Positions 1 through 11,199 of a stretch of DNA of 64,000 bases are shown here, piece by piece (positions within the stretch are counted from its first letter, which is position 1; every line of letters starts with the position of its first letter). The stretch lies in NCBI RefSeq assembly GCF_009914755.1, contig NC_060933.1; one strand, given 5' to 3'. The notes under the pieces were generated by a model. The model saw only the letters and a list, made by a program, of their open reading frames with translations, had not been told where the DNA came from and did not search any database. The translations under genes were made by a program, and so were the position numbers. This stretch comes from the human T2T-CHM13v2.0 reference genome, Homo sapiens.

Positions 1-31
1 CCCGCTGGACTGCCATCTGCTGTGCTTTCAG

Positions 32-102
32 TCTTGTTGGATAAGAAGGCTGTGCTGCCCACGCCTGTCACGAAGCCAAAGCTGGACTCGGCAGCGTACA
101 AG
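32..102 (+). CDS. PHF2: PHF2 coding exon (probably exon 16 of 22), (F)LLDKKAVLPTPVTKPKLDSAAYK
   Basis: Acceptor tttcag ends at 31 and donor AAG|gtgagc starts at 103. 71 nt, phase 1 to 0. Peptide recognised as PHF2 C-terminal half. Confidence 0.96.
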
Positions 103-691
103 GTGAGCTGCCTTACAGGCCCCCCTCAGTCTCGGGGGGCATCTCTGGGCAGTCCCCAAGGCCATGGTTTGAGTGACTCCAGGGTGGTCTCTGGGGGTGT
201 TTCTGCATGAGATGGCAAAGGGGCCCCTTACCCTCACCCCACCCTTTCATGAGTGTTCTAAGGTCACATCCAACTCTAAGACACAGTGGTCATCTCTGCC
301 TGGGCGTGCGAGGGGTGTGTCCCCACTGAGCCTCCTGCCGGGGGAGGTTATTGGCATCTAGTGTATTAACTGCTTTCCTCCAGCCTGAGGTCCCTCTGGG
401 GCTGCAGGCCCTGCCCCCGCCTCTCCTTCCAACCATGGCGGTGTCTCTTTACATGTGTTACACACTGGGGCTGTCTTGTGTAAGGGTTCCTTTGAACCAG
501 AGTTCCTCTGTGAACATGGTGCACAGTGTGAAGACAGTTTGGTCCTTTGTGGTTCTGAGAGAGCTTTGGCACCCACGTCTGCCCTGTGTGTCCGTGTGTT
601 GGCCATCCAGCCCGTCGGCTCCAGGGGCCTCTGTCTGACCCCAGCAATGTTCATTAGAAGAGCAGCGGCTCTTTAAAAATGTTAAAAAACT

Positions 692-1024
<333 letters not shown>

Positions 1025-1121
1025 TTAGTCCCTGAAGGGAAAAAGTATCCTCCTCCCAACTCCCAGGCCACTTTGGTGGCCAGACCCTCCCCTGACCGAA
1101 GCCCTGTCCCTCGCGCAGCAG

Positions 1122-1282
1122 AGTGATGACTCCTCGGACGAGGGTTCGCTGCACATCGACACAGACACCAAGCCCGGCCGCAATGCCAGAGTCAAGAAGG
1201 AGAGTGGGAGCTCGGCAGCTGGCATCTTGGACCTGCTGCAGGCCAGTGAGGAGGTTGGCGCGCTGGAGTACAACCCCAGCAG
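1122..1282 (+). CDS. PHF2: PHF2 coding exon (probably exon 17), SDDSSDEGSLHIDTDTKPGRNARVKKESGSSAAGILDLLQASEEVGALEYNPS
   Basis: Tandem acceptor cagcag at 1116-1121 and donor AG|gtgggc at 1283. 161 nt, phase 0 to 2, in frame with both neighbours. Confidence 0.95.
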
Positions 1283-4200
1283 GTGGGCCCCACCACCCGG
1301 CAGCACCCAAGAGCGGGGACCAGGCAGGCCCAGGGCTGGCCCTCGGCCATGATGGTGGGAGCCTGCGAGGCAGACGCACAGCTGGAGCCAGTGCTGAGCC
1401 GCCCCTGGGCCTGGGCAGAAGGGCACACCTCAGATGTTGGACTGGTTCGTCCCACTGGGGCTTTCCTTTCAATCAAGGGCTTCTTTTTCTTTTAATTTTT
1501 CGGGTAAATTCAGAACCACAGGTTTTCAATTTTATGTGCCGAGACTGTTGTTTTTTTCACGTGGAAATCTTTTGGGAATTTCCACATGTACTACAGACGG
1601 GTAACTCAGGGGGCAGAGGTGTAGCCCCCTCCATGGTGCCCCTGGGCCCATGTCGGGGGCTGCAGCTGCCATGGGGAGCACAGCCCTCCTGGTCTTCTTG
1701 ACAGCTGCAGATTCCCATTGCACAGATGGGGAAACCGAGGCTCTGAGGGCTTATACTTGCACGTGGGCACACTGCTAGGAAGCAGCAGAGGCAGGCCCAG
1801 AATTTCCATCTGCCTGATTGCAGAACCTGAGCTTGGGGGTCCTGGGGGGTTGACTAATGCTGGGCAGTGATATCTGGGTGTTTGCGGCTGGTCCCTTGTC
1901 CAGCAGTGACTTGGATTGAGGAAGATGGAGCCTGTGCTTGGGTCCTGCTCAGTTCCCAAGATGTGCCTCAGAGACTCTGTGGTTTCCAGAATCCATGGGC
2001 AACCCAGGGCCATGCTGCTAGCTGCTCCACACAGCCCCAAGCTTGTTCAGTGGGCAGGTGGAGGCCTGCTTTTAGACAGATGGGGGGCTTGGGCAAGGTA
2101 GATGAAGGGCTTGATTGAAAAGAGCTTTTGCTAAATCAATTGGCCGTACTTTCTTTCATATATTACTATTTTACATGCAATATTATGTTCATGTAATATT
2201 GATCAGAAAGCCAGCTGTAAGGTGCTTTTATTTTAATGGGAGTGAAGCATGACAGGAGGCTTCCATAGCGCCTTAGGGGACAGATTTCCTGCTTGGCACT
2301 AGGTGGTTCCTGTCCATGTTAAGCCCCTTGCTGCAGAGATGTGCTTGTGGCTGGGGTTGAAGCCTGGCTGTGAGCTCCTCCTCCCTGTCGGAGGCTGTGG
2401 TGCTTCACACAGCTCTTTGGGGGATGCCTGTCTTCTGGGAAGAAGTATGCACTAGCTGACACCTCAGTGACTGGCCTCAGGGGCAGGAGAGGCCCCTAAA
2501 CACCCTAGGCCCCTCCCGAGGTCCATGGAGAGGCCTGGGGGTCCTGGGGGTTGGGGGTGTCTGAGGCCACCCAAGATGAGGGCAGACAGGGCCAAAAGCC
2601 TGGGGGCCACCAGGTGCTTTATTGTGGGCACCTGGGACTTGCAGGGGGAGTGGAGATGGGGACAGAGGTGGGGAGGGTTTTGTGCTCAGGTCTGTGAGGA
2701 GGCGCTGTGTCCTGGGCTCCCCGCTGTGAATCTGAGCCCAGGAGTAGGGCAGCCCATCTGTGGACACACTGATAACAAAAGACCCAGAGCTTCCCCGCCC
2801 CGCACAACTAGCCCGTGCCTCGGAGCAGTGTGCACGTGCACATGTGCCTGCTAGGGGCCACTGAGGCCGCCGGCCCCCCTCAGCCCGCTGCAGGCAGTTC
2901 CTCTCCCAAAGTCTCTCATTTGGAGCGTAGGTCAGTTTTTGATGGTCTATTTGCTCTGTTTTAAGTATCGGCTGCTTGGAAAAAACTGCTGAAGAAAATG
3001 GAGGAAAATATGTTAATTTATTGTGAATAGTTTGCTCAGTGTTTATTGCTGGGGGAAAAGGAAAGGATTTGAGTATGATAATTGGTGGATTAAAAGTATT
3101 ATTTTCCATGCCGACTAGTTAGACGTTGCTCATTGATTCACCAGCAACCCTGCGGGACCTGGGCATGCAGTCCTCACCCTCTTGGGTTGCCCAGACGGCA
3201 TGGCATGGACCCTCGTAGTGGGTGTCCCTGGCCACCCCCCAGCCCCCCGTGGCTAAGTGCAGGCCCCCGCCCTCCAGTCTGTCTGGGCCTTGCAGGCCAG
3301 TTGAGGGGTCGGGGCAGGGCCTGCCAGAGGATGCAGGGCAAGCTGCGTGCTCTGGCTGGCTCCTGAGCTGGGGCTGGGAGAGCCTGCTTCTGCGGAGATG
3401 TCAGTGAGGGCAGGAGTGACTGCGCTCACTTAGGCAGGCCTTCAGTGCTGCAGCTTGTGTGGCAGGGGCAGTGTGGTCCTGGCACTGTGGGGGCAGCTCC
3501 CGGCAGTGCCTTCTGAGGAGTGCTTGAGGCTGACCATGCTTGATTTTCCCATTGTTGTGGCTTTCACACCTCAATCCTGTTCAGTCCCTGTGAAACCCAA
3601 AATGCAACGCAGTCCAGTGTGTCTCAGACAGGGCCTGGGAGGTGGCATTGGTGAGGGCTGCAGTGAGGGCGCCTGCCCCGGCACTGGGCATCTTCCTGAG
3701 TCTGCCGGACCCTCAGAGAGCAGTGGGTTCGGGCCTCAGCACTGTCCAGCATGGGTAACTTTTGTCCAAGTTGCCTCACCAGCCCTAGGACTCCCTCTGT
3801 GTCTGGGCTCCCTGTGGCAGCTTCCTCTCCCTGTCCTGCTGTAGCAGAGCCTCAGTCTTGGGAGCCCTCTTGCTTCTGAACCAGGACTGGTCCTGGTGGG
3901 GCCACTGCCCTGGGTGCCTCAGTCTCTGTGTCTGGTAACAGAGGTGGGCACAGGCATGCAGAGCTGGGTGGCCCGCCTGCCACTGTATTGGCCTCTTCCT
4001 TCTTGTCTCACATGTGTGCTGTCTCTGGCAAGGGGTTCTGGGTATACAAGCCCCCATTACAGTGCCTGGATGTGCTCACAGCCACAGGCTTCCCAGCCCC
4101 TCTCATCTGAATGGTTTTACTGAAAGTGCCTCCAGTGCTTCTGGGAAGTGGTGGAGAGGGGATGGGCAGCTCGAGAGACAGTGATGCTGATGCAAGCGTC

Positions 4201-5009
4201 CTGAAGGGGCAGGTCCAGGGAGCAGAGGGAGAGGACGGCAGGCACCCCGTGTGCCCCAAGTATGGGCCCAGGAGTGGCTAGATGCAGTGACAGGTGTGGC
4301 TGGGCCTCCCCTGTAAGGTGGGGCGGGCTGCCTTGTCCTGGGGCCAGGTTTGAGCCGCAGGGAAGTGGGCAGGGGTGAGGACTAGAAAGGGACGTTGCAG
4401 GGTGTACCTGCTGGGCTGGACCACGTGAGTGGTGGGGAAGCCTGGGGCACCTGTCCTGGCTACATACAGCATCTGGAGCCCAGGGCAGGCCCCTGACTCA
4501 GAGTTTCTGGGTGGGGCCTGGGCCTTGACATTTATAAAGCTTCCCAGGTAGTTCTGGTGCACAGACAGGTGAGGGTCCTGGCTGCAGGGGGTTGTGGGCG
4601 GTGGGGCAGGGCCCTGTGAAGAGGCCAGGGCTGCATCCCATGGGAGGGCCTGGCAGGGAGGTCCCCAAGGAGCCCAGGACTTGGCCTTGGGGGTCCTTGC
4701 TGTCCAGCAGCACCAAGCCCCTGGTTCTGTGGGATGACAGTGGTCACCCCATTTCACCACTCTGTGAGCCTAGACAGGCTGATCACACACTGGGTGTCTC
4801 AGAAGATTCTTCTGGAAGGAGGGGAGCCAGTGTAGACAGGAGGAGGTGTGTGCATAGGCATGGGGCAGAGGAGGAGGATGCGGATGCGAGACAGGCTGGG
4901 CGCTATGGGAGGGGCCACCTGAAGCTGAGGGCAGCGGGGGTGCGGACAGGGCAAAGAGAAAGCCTGGGAGTCTGTGTGGAGCCTGCCAGAAGTGGGTGAA
5001 CTTGGACTG

Positions 5010-6540
5010 AGCTGAGGTGCAGCTGTGTCTGTTCAGGTGCAGATGCAGCTGCAGGTCTATGTTCAGGTGGGTGCAGGTGTGGGGGTAGGTGCAGGTGTAG
5101 ATGCAGGTGGGGGTGCAGGGTGGGGGTAGGTGCAGGTGTAGACGCAGGTGGGGGTACATGTGTGGGGGTAGGTGTAGGTGCAGATGCAGATGTGGATGTA
5201 GGTGTGGGAGTAGGTACAGGTGTAGATGCAGATGTGGGTGTGGATGTAGGTACAGGTGTAGATGCAGGTGTGGGTGTGGATGTAGGTACAGGTGTAGATG
5301 CAGATGTGGGTGTGGGAGTAGGCACAGGTGTAGATGCAGGTGTGGGTGTGGATGTAGGTACAGGTGTAGATGCAGATGTGGGTGTGGGAGTAGGGTCAGG
5401 TGTAGATGCAGATGTGGGTGTGGGAGTAGGGTCAGGTGTAGATGCAGGTGTGGGTGTGGATGTAGGTACAGGTGTAGATGCAGATGTGGGTGTGGGAGTA
5501 GGGTCAGGTGTAGATGCAGATGTGGGTGTGGGAGTAGGGTCAGGTGTAGATGCAGATGTGGGTGTGGGAGTAGGCACAGGTGTAGATGCAGGTGTGGGTG
5601 TGGGAGTAGGTACAGGTGTAGATGCAGGTGTGGGTGTGGATGTAGGTACAGGTGTAGATGCAGGTGTGGGTGTGGATGTAGGTACAGGTGTAGATGCAGG
5701 TGTGGGTGTGGATGTAGGTACAGGTGTAGATGCAGATGTGGGTGTGGGAGTAGGCACAGGTGTAGATGCAGGTGTGGGTGTGGATGTAGGTACAGGTGTA
5801 GATGCAGGTGTGGGTGTGGATGTAGGTACAGGTGTAGATGCAGGTGTGGGTGTGGATGTAGGTACAGGTGTAGATGCAGATGTGGGTGTGGGAGTAGGGT
5901 CAGGTGTAGATGCAGGTGTGAGTGTGGGAGTAGGCACAGGTGCAGGTGCAGGTGTGGGTGTGGGAGTAGGCACAGGTGTGAGTGTGGGAGTAGGCACAGG
6001 TGTACATGCAGGTATGGGTGTAGGTACAGGTGCAGATGCAGGTGTGGGGGTAGGTATAGGTGTAGATGCAGGTATGGGTGTAGGTGTAGGCACCAGTGTA
6101 GATGGAGGTGTGGGTATGGGTGTAGGCACAGGTGTAGATGCAGGTGCGGGGGTGGAGGTAGGTACAGGTGTAGATGCAGGTGTGGTTGGAGGTACAGGTG
6201 TAGATGCAGGTATGGGTATAGGAGTAGGTACAGGTGTAGATGCAGGTATGGGTATAGGAGTAGGTACAGGTGTAGATGCAGGTATGGGTATAGGAGTAGG
6301 TACAGGTGTAGATGCATGTATGGGTGTAGGTGTAGGAACAGGTGTAGATGCAGGTGCAGGGGTGGAGGTAGGTACAGGTGTAGATGCAGGTGTGGTTGGA
6401 GGTACAGGTGTAGATGCAGGTGCAGGTGTGAGGGTAGGTACAGGTGTAGATGCACGTATGGGTATAGGAGTAGGTGCAGGTGTAGATGCATGTATGGGTG
6501 TAGGTGCAGATGCAGGTGTGGGTAAAGGTGGGGGTGTGGA
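5010..6540. repeat. G/T-rich VNTR, ~36-bp unit (ggtacaggtgtagatgcaggtgtgggtgtggatgta) built from degenerate 6-mers
   Basis: About 40 tandem unit variants are visible. It produces the four long low-complexity ORFs in the ORF track. Confidence 0.95.
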
Positions 6541-7092
6541 GAGAAGTTGCAGGTCACTGGGGAAAGCGTGTGCCATGGGAGGGAGTGGGCTACGCTGCCC
6601 CATCTCAGGGTGACACATGGGAAGGTTCCCTACAAAGTGGGGTAAGGAATGCCCAGGGCTAGTTCTGTAGTTGGGAGAGAGGCACAGGGTGGACCGAGGG
6701 GGTACACAGAGTGGCTGGGGTGCAGGAGGAAGGTCACTGAGTCGGCTTGCTGGCTTTAAGGTGTGAGAGACCAGTGCGTGACCATATGAGGGTCTGGACC
6801 CTCCTTCCCATCTGCTGTCTTCCGTCTCCTCTCCATGCCCATCTCTGTCTCCAGGCCTCCAGCCCTCCCTGTGGCATATGGGTGGATGAGCAGAGCTGGA
6901 TGAGGGGAGTGGCTGGCCTCTTCCAAGGGAGAAGTCATCAGCTCACTGCCACCCTCTCTGCTCCACGCCCTCTGCCTGCCGCCTGGGCCAGGAGTTTGTG
7001 CAGGAGTTTGTGCAGGCCATAGGCTGTTGTTTAAGTGCCTGGGCTGCAGGCCAAGAGCACTGGGCTGAGTGCCTGTCTCTCTGTGCCCCTAG

Positions 7093-7370
7093 CCAGCCCC
7101 CGGCCTCCCCCAGCACACAGGAAGCCATTCAGGGAATGCTGTCCATGGCCAACCTGCAGGCCTCCGACTCCTGCCTGCAGACCACGTGGGGAGCTGGCCA
7201 GGCCAAGGGGAGCTCGCTGGCTGCCCATGGTGCCCGGAAGAATGGGGGTGGCAGTGGCAAGAGTGCAGGCAAACGACTGCTGAAGAGGGCTGCCAAGAAC
7301 AGTGTCGACCTGGACGACTACGAGGAAGAGCAGGACCACCTGGATGCCTGCTTCAAGGACTCAGACTACG
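7093..7370 (+). CDS. PHF2: PHF2 coding exon (probably exon 18), [23 protein letters not shown]...DACFKDSDY
   Basis: Acceptor cccctag|C and donor TACG|gtgagt. 278 nt, phase 2 to 1. Contains the [17 protein letters not shown] motif of the PHF2/PHF8/KDM7 family. Confidence 0.97.
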
Positions 7371-8434
7371 GTGAGTGTCACTCCTGCGTGGGGCAGGGCC
7401 CATGCTCAGCCCTAGAAGGCCTGGCTGAGAATGGAGACAGTAGCATAAACATGCAGCTCTCCAAGTTACAGCAGGCCTCAGCTCAGCAAAACCCTCGGCC
7501 TCTGACTGCTGTCCCCGGAGACCCTCCTGTGAGCGAGACTGGCCGGGGCCCACATCTGGTGGACAGGCTTGGGCTTCGTGGTGGGGCCTACTCTAGTTTG
7601 ACAAACAGAATGACAGCAAAGTGAACTCCTGTTTTCTGGGCTCTGGAGGTGTGTGGCACCGGGCGCCATCTTGCTTCCTCCTGAACCTTGGGTCCTGGGC
7701 ATTCCTCGACAGGCCCCGGAGGTTGAAGGACCACAACCTGCAGTGAGTGTAGGGTGGCACTTGGCTTTTGAGGGTCACAGGGTCACCGCCTCACCGTGTT
7801 GGGGCAGCTCCCCACCAGCCACAGGTCATGCCCTACAGTGTCCCCTCCACCTAGACCCTCCAGGCAGGGTGGGGGCTGTCAGAGCCCACCCTCCATGGAC
7901 GTTAGACGTTTTCCCTTTTCATAGCAACGGAAGGAGTTGTGAGGAGTTTTCACCAAACAGAACCTTTCCTGGAGCCTCAAAGTGTTTCTCTTGCAGGAAC
8001 TGAGATGCCCTAGTTTGATTATGGGGTCCCATCCTTCCCTGGTTCCCCACTCTCTGCTGTAGCTTCCTCCAGGTGGGGCCTCTGGGGATCTCAAGCTCCA
8101 TGAGCAGATGTACGGAGGGCAGCCCTTAGAGGCCAGGGGCTTGCAGGCACTGGGGCTAGGCTGCACAGATGAGGCTGGGCAGGTAGATGCAGGTGCCTTC
8201 TTGTCTGGAGAGTCCCTGCCCCTCTGGATAATCTCTGGGGCCTGTGCCCATGCCTGGGGTGTCCTCACCATGGGCAGCTTCCATCACAGCTGACAGTGAC
8301 ACAGCGTGGCAGGCCTTAGTGTAGGCCCTGGGGTTGCTGGCGAGGAAGGTCTGCAGCCACCTGTACCCCCCCGCCCTCCTCCGTGGACCTGCCCTGCACT
8401 CAGCGGGCCACGCCTTCCCTCTGCCTCCCTCTAG

Positions 8435-8530
8435 TTTACCCCTCACTGGAGTCAGATGAAGACAACCCCATCTTTAAGTCCCGGTCGAAGAAAAGGAAAG
8501 GCTCAGACGACGCTCCCTACAGCCCAACAG
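8435..8530 (+). CDS. PHF2: PHF2 coding exon (probably exon 19), [32 protein letters not shown]
   Basis: Acceptor ccctctag|TT and donor CAG|gtagtg. 96 nt, phase 1 to 1. Confidence 0.97.
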
Positions 8531-9187
8531 GTAGTGCTGGGACAGGGGTAGGGGGTCCACCTGACACCCAGTGTGGAAGCTGTGACTTTGTCTGTGGTCC
8601 CTCCAGCCCCTGAGAATGTGGGCTCAGCTCTGCACCTGTCCTATCCTGAGGGCTGGGCAGCCCGTCCCGCTGGGGTTGGTCAGCTGCTTGCAGGAGTGCC
8701 GTGGGCTTCACTTCTGCTTTGCTTCTGGGGGCCTGGGAGCCCAGATGTCCTTCTACACAGCCCCAACTCAAAAGCCCTCACTCCTCTGGCCGGCTCCTCT
8801 CTGGTTTCTTCCTCAATGGGCAGCTCTGTGAGGGTCACCTTTGTACCGGAGGCACCCACTTGATGGTGGCTGAGGGACACCTGCTGGGGCAGCCAGTGGG
8901 GTGAGGCCTTGTCCACCTTCCACATTACCCTCACCCGCCTGCCCAGACTCTGATGTTGCTGGGCCTCCTGGGCTCTGCCCCATGCAAACCCCACTGTGGC
9001 ATCTTCCCCCTTGGGTGGGGCAGCTGACCCTGCCCTATTGTGAGGCGGCTTCACAGCCAGGAATCCCTGTGCTTAGGCCTGCCTGGCCAGGGGGACAGGC
9101 TGGGGTGGGGGCAGGGTAGCCCCAAACCAGGAGGGGTGGACAGGCTGTGGCCTACAGCTTGAGGGGGCTGGCCCTTCTTTTCCACAG

Positions 9188-9297
9188 CAAGGGTCGGCCC
9201 ATCGGTGCCAAGACAGGACAGGCCTGTGCGTGAGGGTACACGGGTGGCTTCCATCGAGACCGGGCTGGCGGCTGCTGCAGCTAAGTTGTCCCAGCAG
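9188..9297 (+). CDS. PHF2: PHF2 coding exon (probably exon 20), [37 protein letters not shown]
   Basis: Acceptor tttttccacag|CA and donor CAG|gtgagg. 110 nt, phase 1 to 0. Confidence 0.97.
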
Positions 9298-10101
9298 GTG
9301 AGGAGGGGCGAGAAGGACACACGGCAGCCAGGTCCCTGCTACCCCCACCTGGTGGGCTCAGGTTCCCCAAGGCACCTGTTTCTCCACCCCATACACAGAC
9401 CCACTGAGCCAGGGGTGGTCACAGGCTTGGGGACATTTGATTAGAGAGTGCCCTATTCCTCCAGGCCCTAAATTCCCCGTGTGGGGTCCGGGGGAGCTAG
9501 GAATTGACGACTGGGGCCCTGACACTGGACAGCCCTATTCGTGCCAAGGCTGGGCTACTCTCTGGTACAACAGCAGCTTGGAGGGAGCTCCCCTTCCCCT
9601 CCCCCCATCATGTGGGTGTTTTTGAGTTGTCCTCAGTTGGGAAATGAGGTGTTCTGTCTCTACATGCTCCTAAAAATCTCATCTCCCACCTTTAGCTCCT
9701 CCCAGCTCAGAAATGGAGGGTCCTAGAGCCTCACATACCCTCCCAACCAGGCCCAACCTCATCTGGGCACACAAGGAAGTTATTAGGATCAAAGTGAATA
9801 TTCTTCCAGAACTGGGAGATGTATATGGCCACTGAGTGGGGTGATGGGGTAGGAGTGCCATCCTACAGGCTCAACTGCTAGGTTAACTCACACTGACAGG
9901 GAGGCCAGGCAGCTGCTGTGGGTGCTGGCGCCCTGTCCGTGTGCATGCTGTGCCCCTGGCGGCCCAGAGTCAGGCCTCAGGCCCCTGCTGCCCAGCCCTG
10001 CTGTGCTCAAGGGCCCCTGGCAAGGCCATGCCGGGAGCTCCCTGCTCTGTTGGCCCAAGTGGGCTGTGCGTCTGAGGCTGCCCTGCATGTTTTGTTCAAA
10101 G

Positions 10102-10486
10102 GAGGAGCAGAAAAGCAAGAAAAAAAAGAGTGCCAAGAGGAAGCTGACTCCTAACACCACCTCCCCTTCCACCTCCACCTCCATCTCTGCCGGCACCACC
10201 TCCACCTCCACCACGCCAGCCTCTACCACCCCTGCCTCCACCACACCGGCCTCCACCACCCCGGCCTCCACCAGCACGGCCAGCAGCCAGGCCTCGCAGG
10301 AGGGCAGCTCGCCAGAGCCCCCGCCTGAGTCGCATAGCAGCAGCCTGGCGGACCATGAGTACACAGCCGCTGGCACCTTCACCGGGGCCCAGGCTGGCCG
10401 CACCTCCCAGCCCATGGCCCCTGGGGTCTTTCTCACACAGAGGCGGCCCTCCGCATCGTCTCCAAACAACAACACCGCTGCCAAAG
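10102..10486 (+). CDS. PHF2: PHF2 coding exon (probably exon 21), EEQKSKKKK...S/T/P-rich repeat...[15 protein letters not shown]
   Basis: Acceptor ttcaaag|GAG and donor AAAG|gtactg. 385 nt, phase 0 to 1. Includes four TTPAS units. Confidence 0.95.
10210..10269 (+). repeat. Coding 15-bp tandem repeat, 4 x TTPAS
   Basis: ACCACGCCAGCCTCT, ACCACCCCTGCCTCC, ACCACACCGGCCTCC, ACCACCCCGGCCTCC. Confidence 0.95.
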
Positions 10487-11110
10487 GTACTGTGCCTGCT
10501 GGAGGGAGCCTGCAGCCCCCCTGCCCTGCCTGCCCCCATGGGCAGCCCCAGACATGCAGACTCGGCCCATGGTAGAGGGCAGCACATTGGGAGGGCTCCT
10601 GGGCCTTGGGTGGCAGGGTGCTGTGGTCCAAGTTGGTTGCATCTTTGTGTGAGCGTATCCCACAGTACAGGACGTGTGCTTTCATCCTTCTGCTCAGTGG
10701 GCGTGCTCAGCCCCTGATCTGCCTGCACCCCTGCACCCCAGCCGTGGGGCCGGCCAGCTGTGGGGACTGAGTGATGCAGCACGGGGTGCTGGCAGTGGCT
10801 CCTGGCCTTGTTACTGGGGGTGGTGCCCAGGCATCCTCATGTCCTCCTCATAATGCCATCCCCAAGCCCATGTCCATCCTACCTGCCAGGGCCCCTTGAG
10901 GACACGGCCTCTGAGGCGGAGGCTTTGCCAGTGATCCCGGACTCCTGAAGGGTGCTGAGCTCGGAGCTGGGGCTTCATAGGCCCATTTTACAGATGGGGG
11001 ACTGCAGGCTGCCCCTTAGTGTCAGCGGGACCCTCCCCCCCACCGGCATGCCACGCCCCTTGCCATCTAGCTTACCTTCCCTTTTTGTGTCCCCTCCCCG
11101 ACTCCCCTAG

Positions 11111-11199
11111 GAAAACGTACGAAAAAGGGCATGGCGACCGCCAAGCAGAGGCTTGGGAAAATTTTGAAAATTCATCGGAACGGGAAACTACTCCTTTAA
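11111..11199 (+). CDS. PHF2: PHF2 last coding exon, [29 protein letters not shown]
   Basis: Acceptor cccctag|GA and stop TAA at 11197-11199. The [17 protein letters not shown]-terminal motif is shared across the KDM7 family. Confidence 0.97.

Noticed and set aside
5010-6540. CRISPR-like array suggested by the ~36-bp periodicity
   Set aside because: No unique spacers. The units are directly tandem, and this is eukaryotic intronic DNA.
4770-6618. Four long ORFs (474-595 aa; HL-, PT-, CR- and GV-rich)
   Set aside because: They are translations of the 6/36-bp VNTR, which lacks stops in several frames. The region is intronic with no splice or start context.
6989-7016. Short tandem duplications (caggagtttgtg x2 here; tagattc(c/t)atccctatca x2 at ~44188-44224)
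   Set aside because: Ordinary slippage duplications with no evident function.
9888-10782. Minus-strand ORFs of 228-265 aa
   Set aside because: Antisense shadows of the GC-rich, repetitive PHF2 exon 21.
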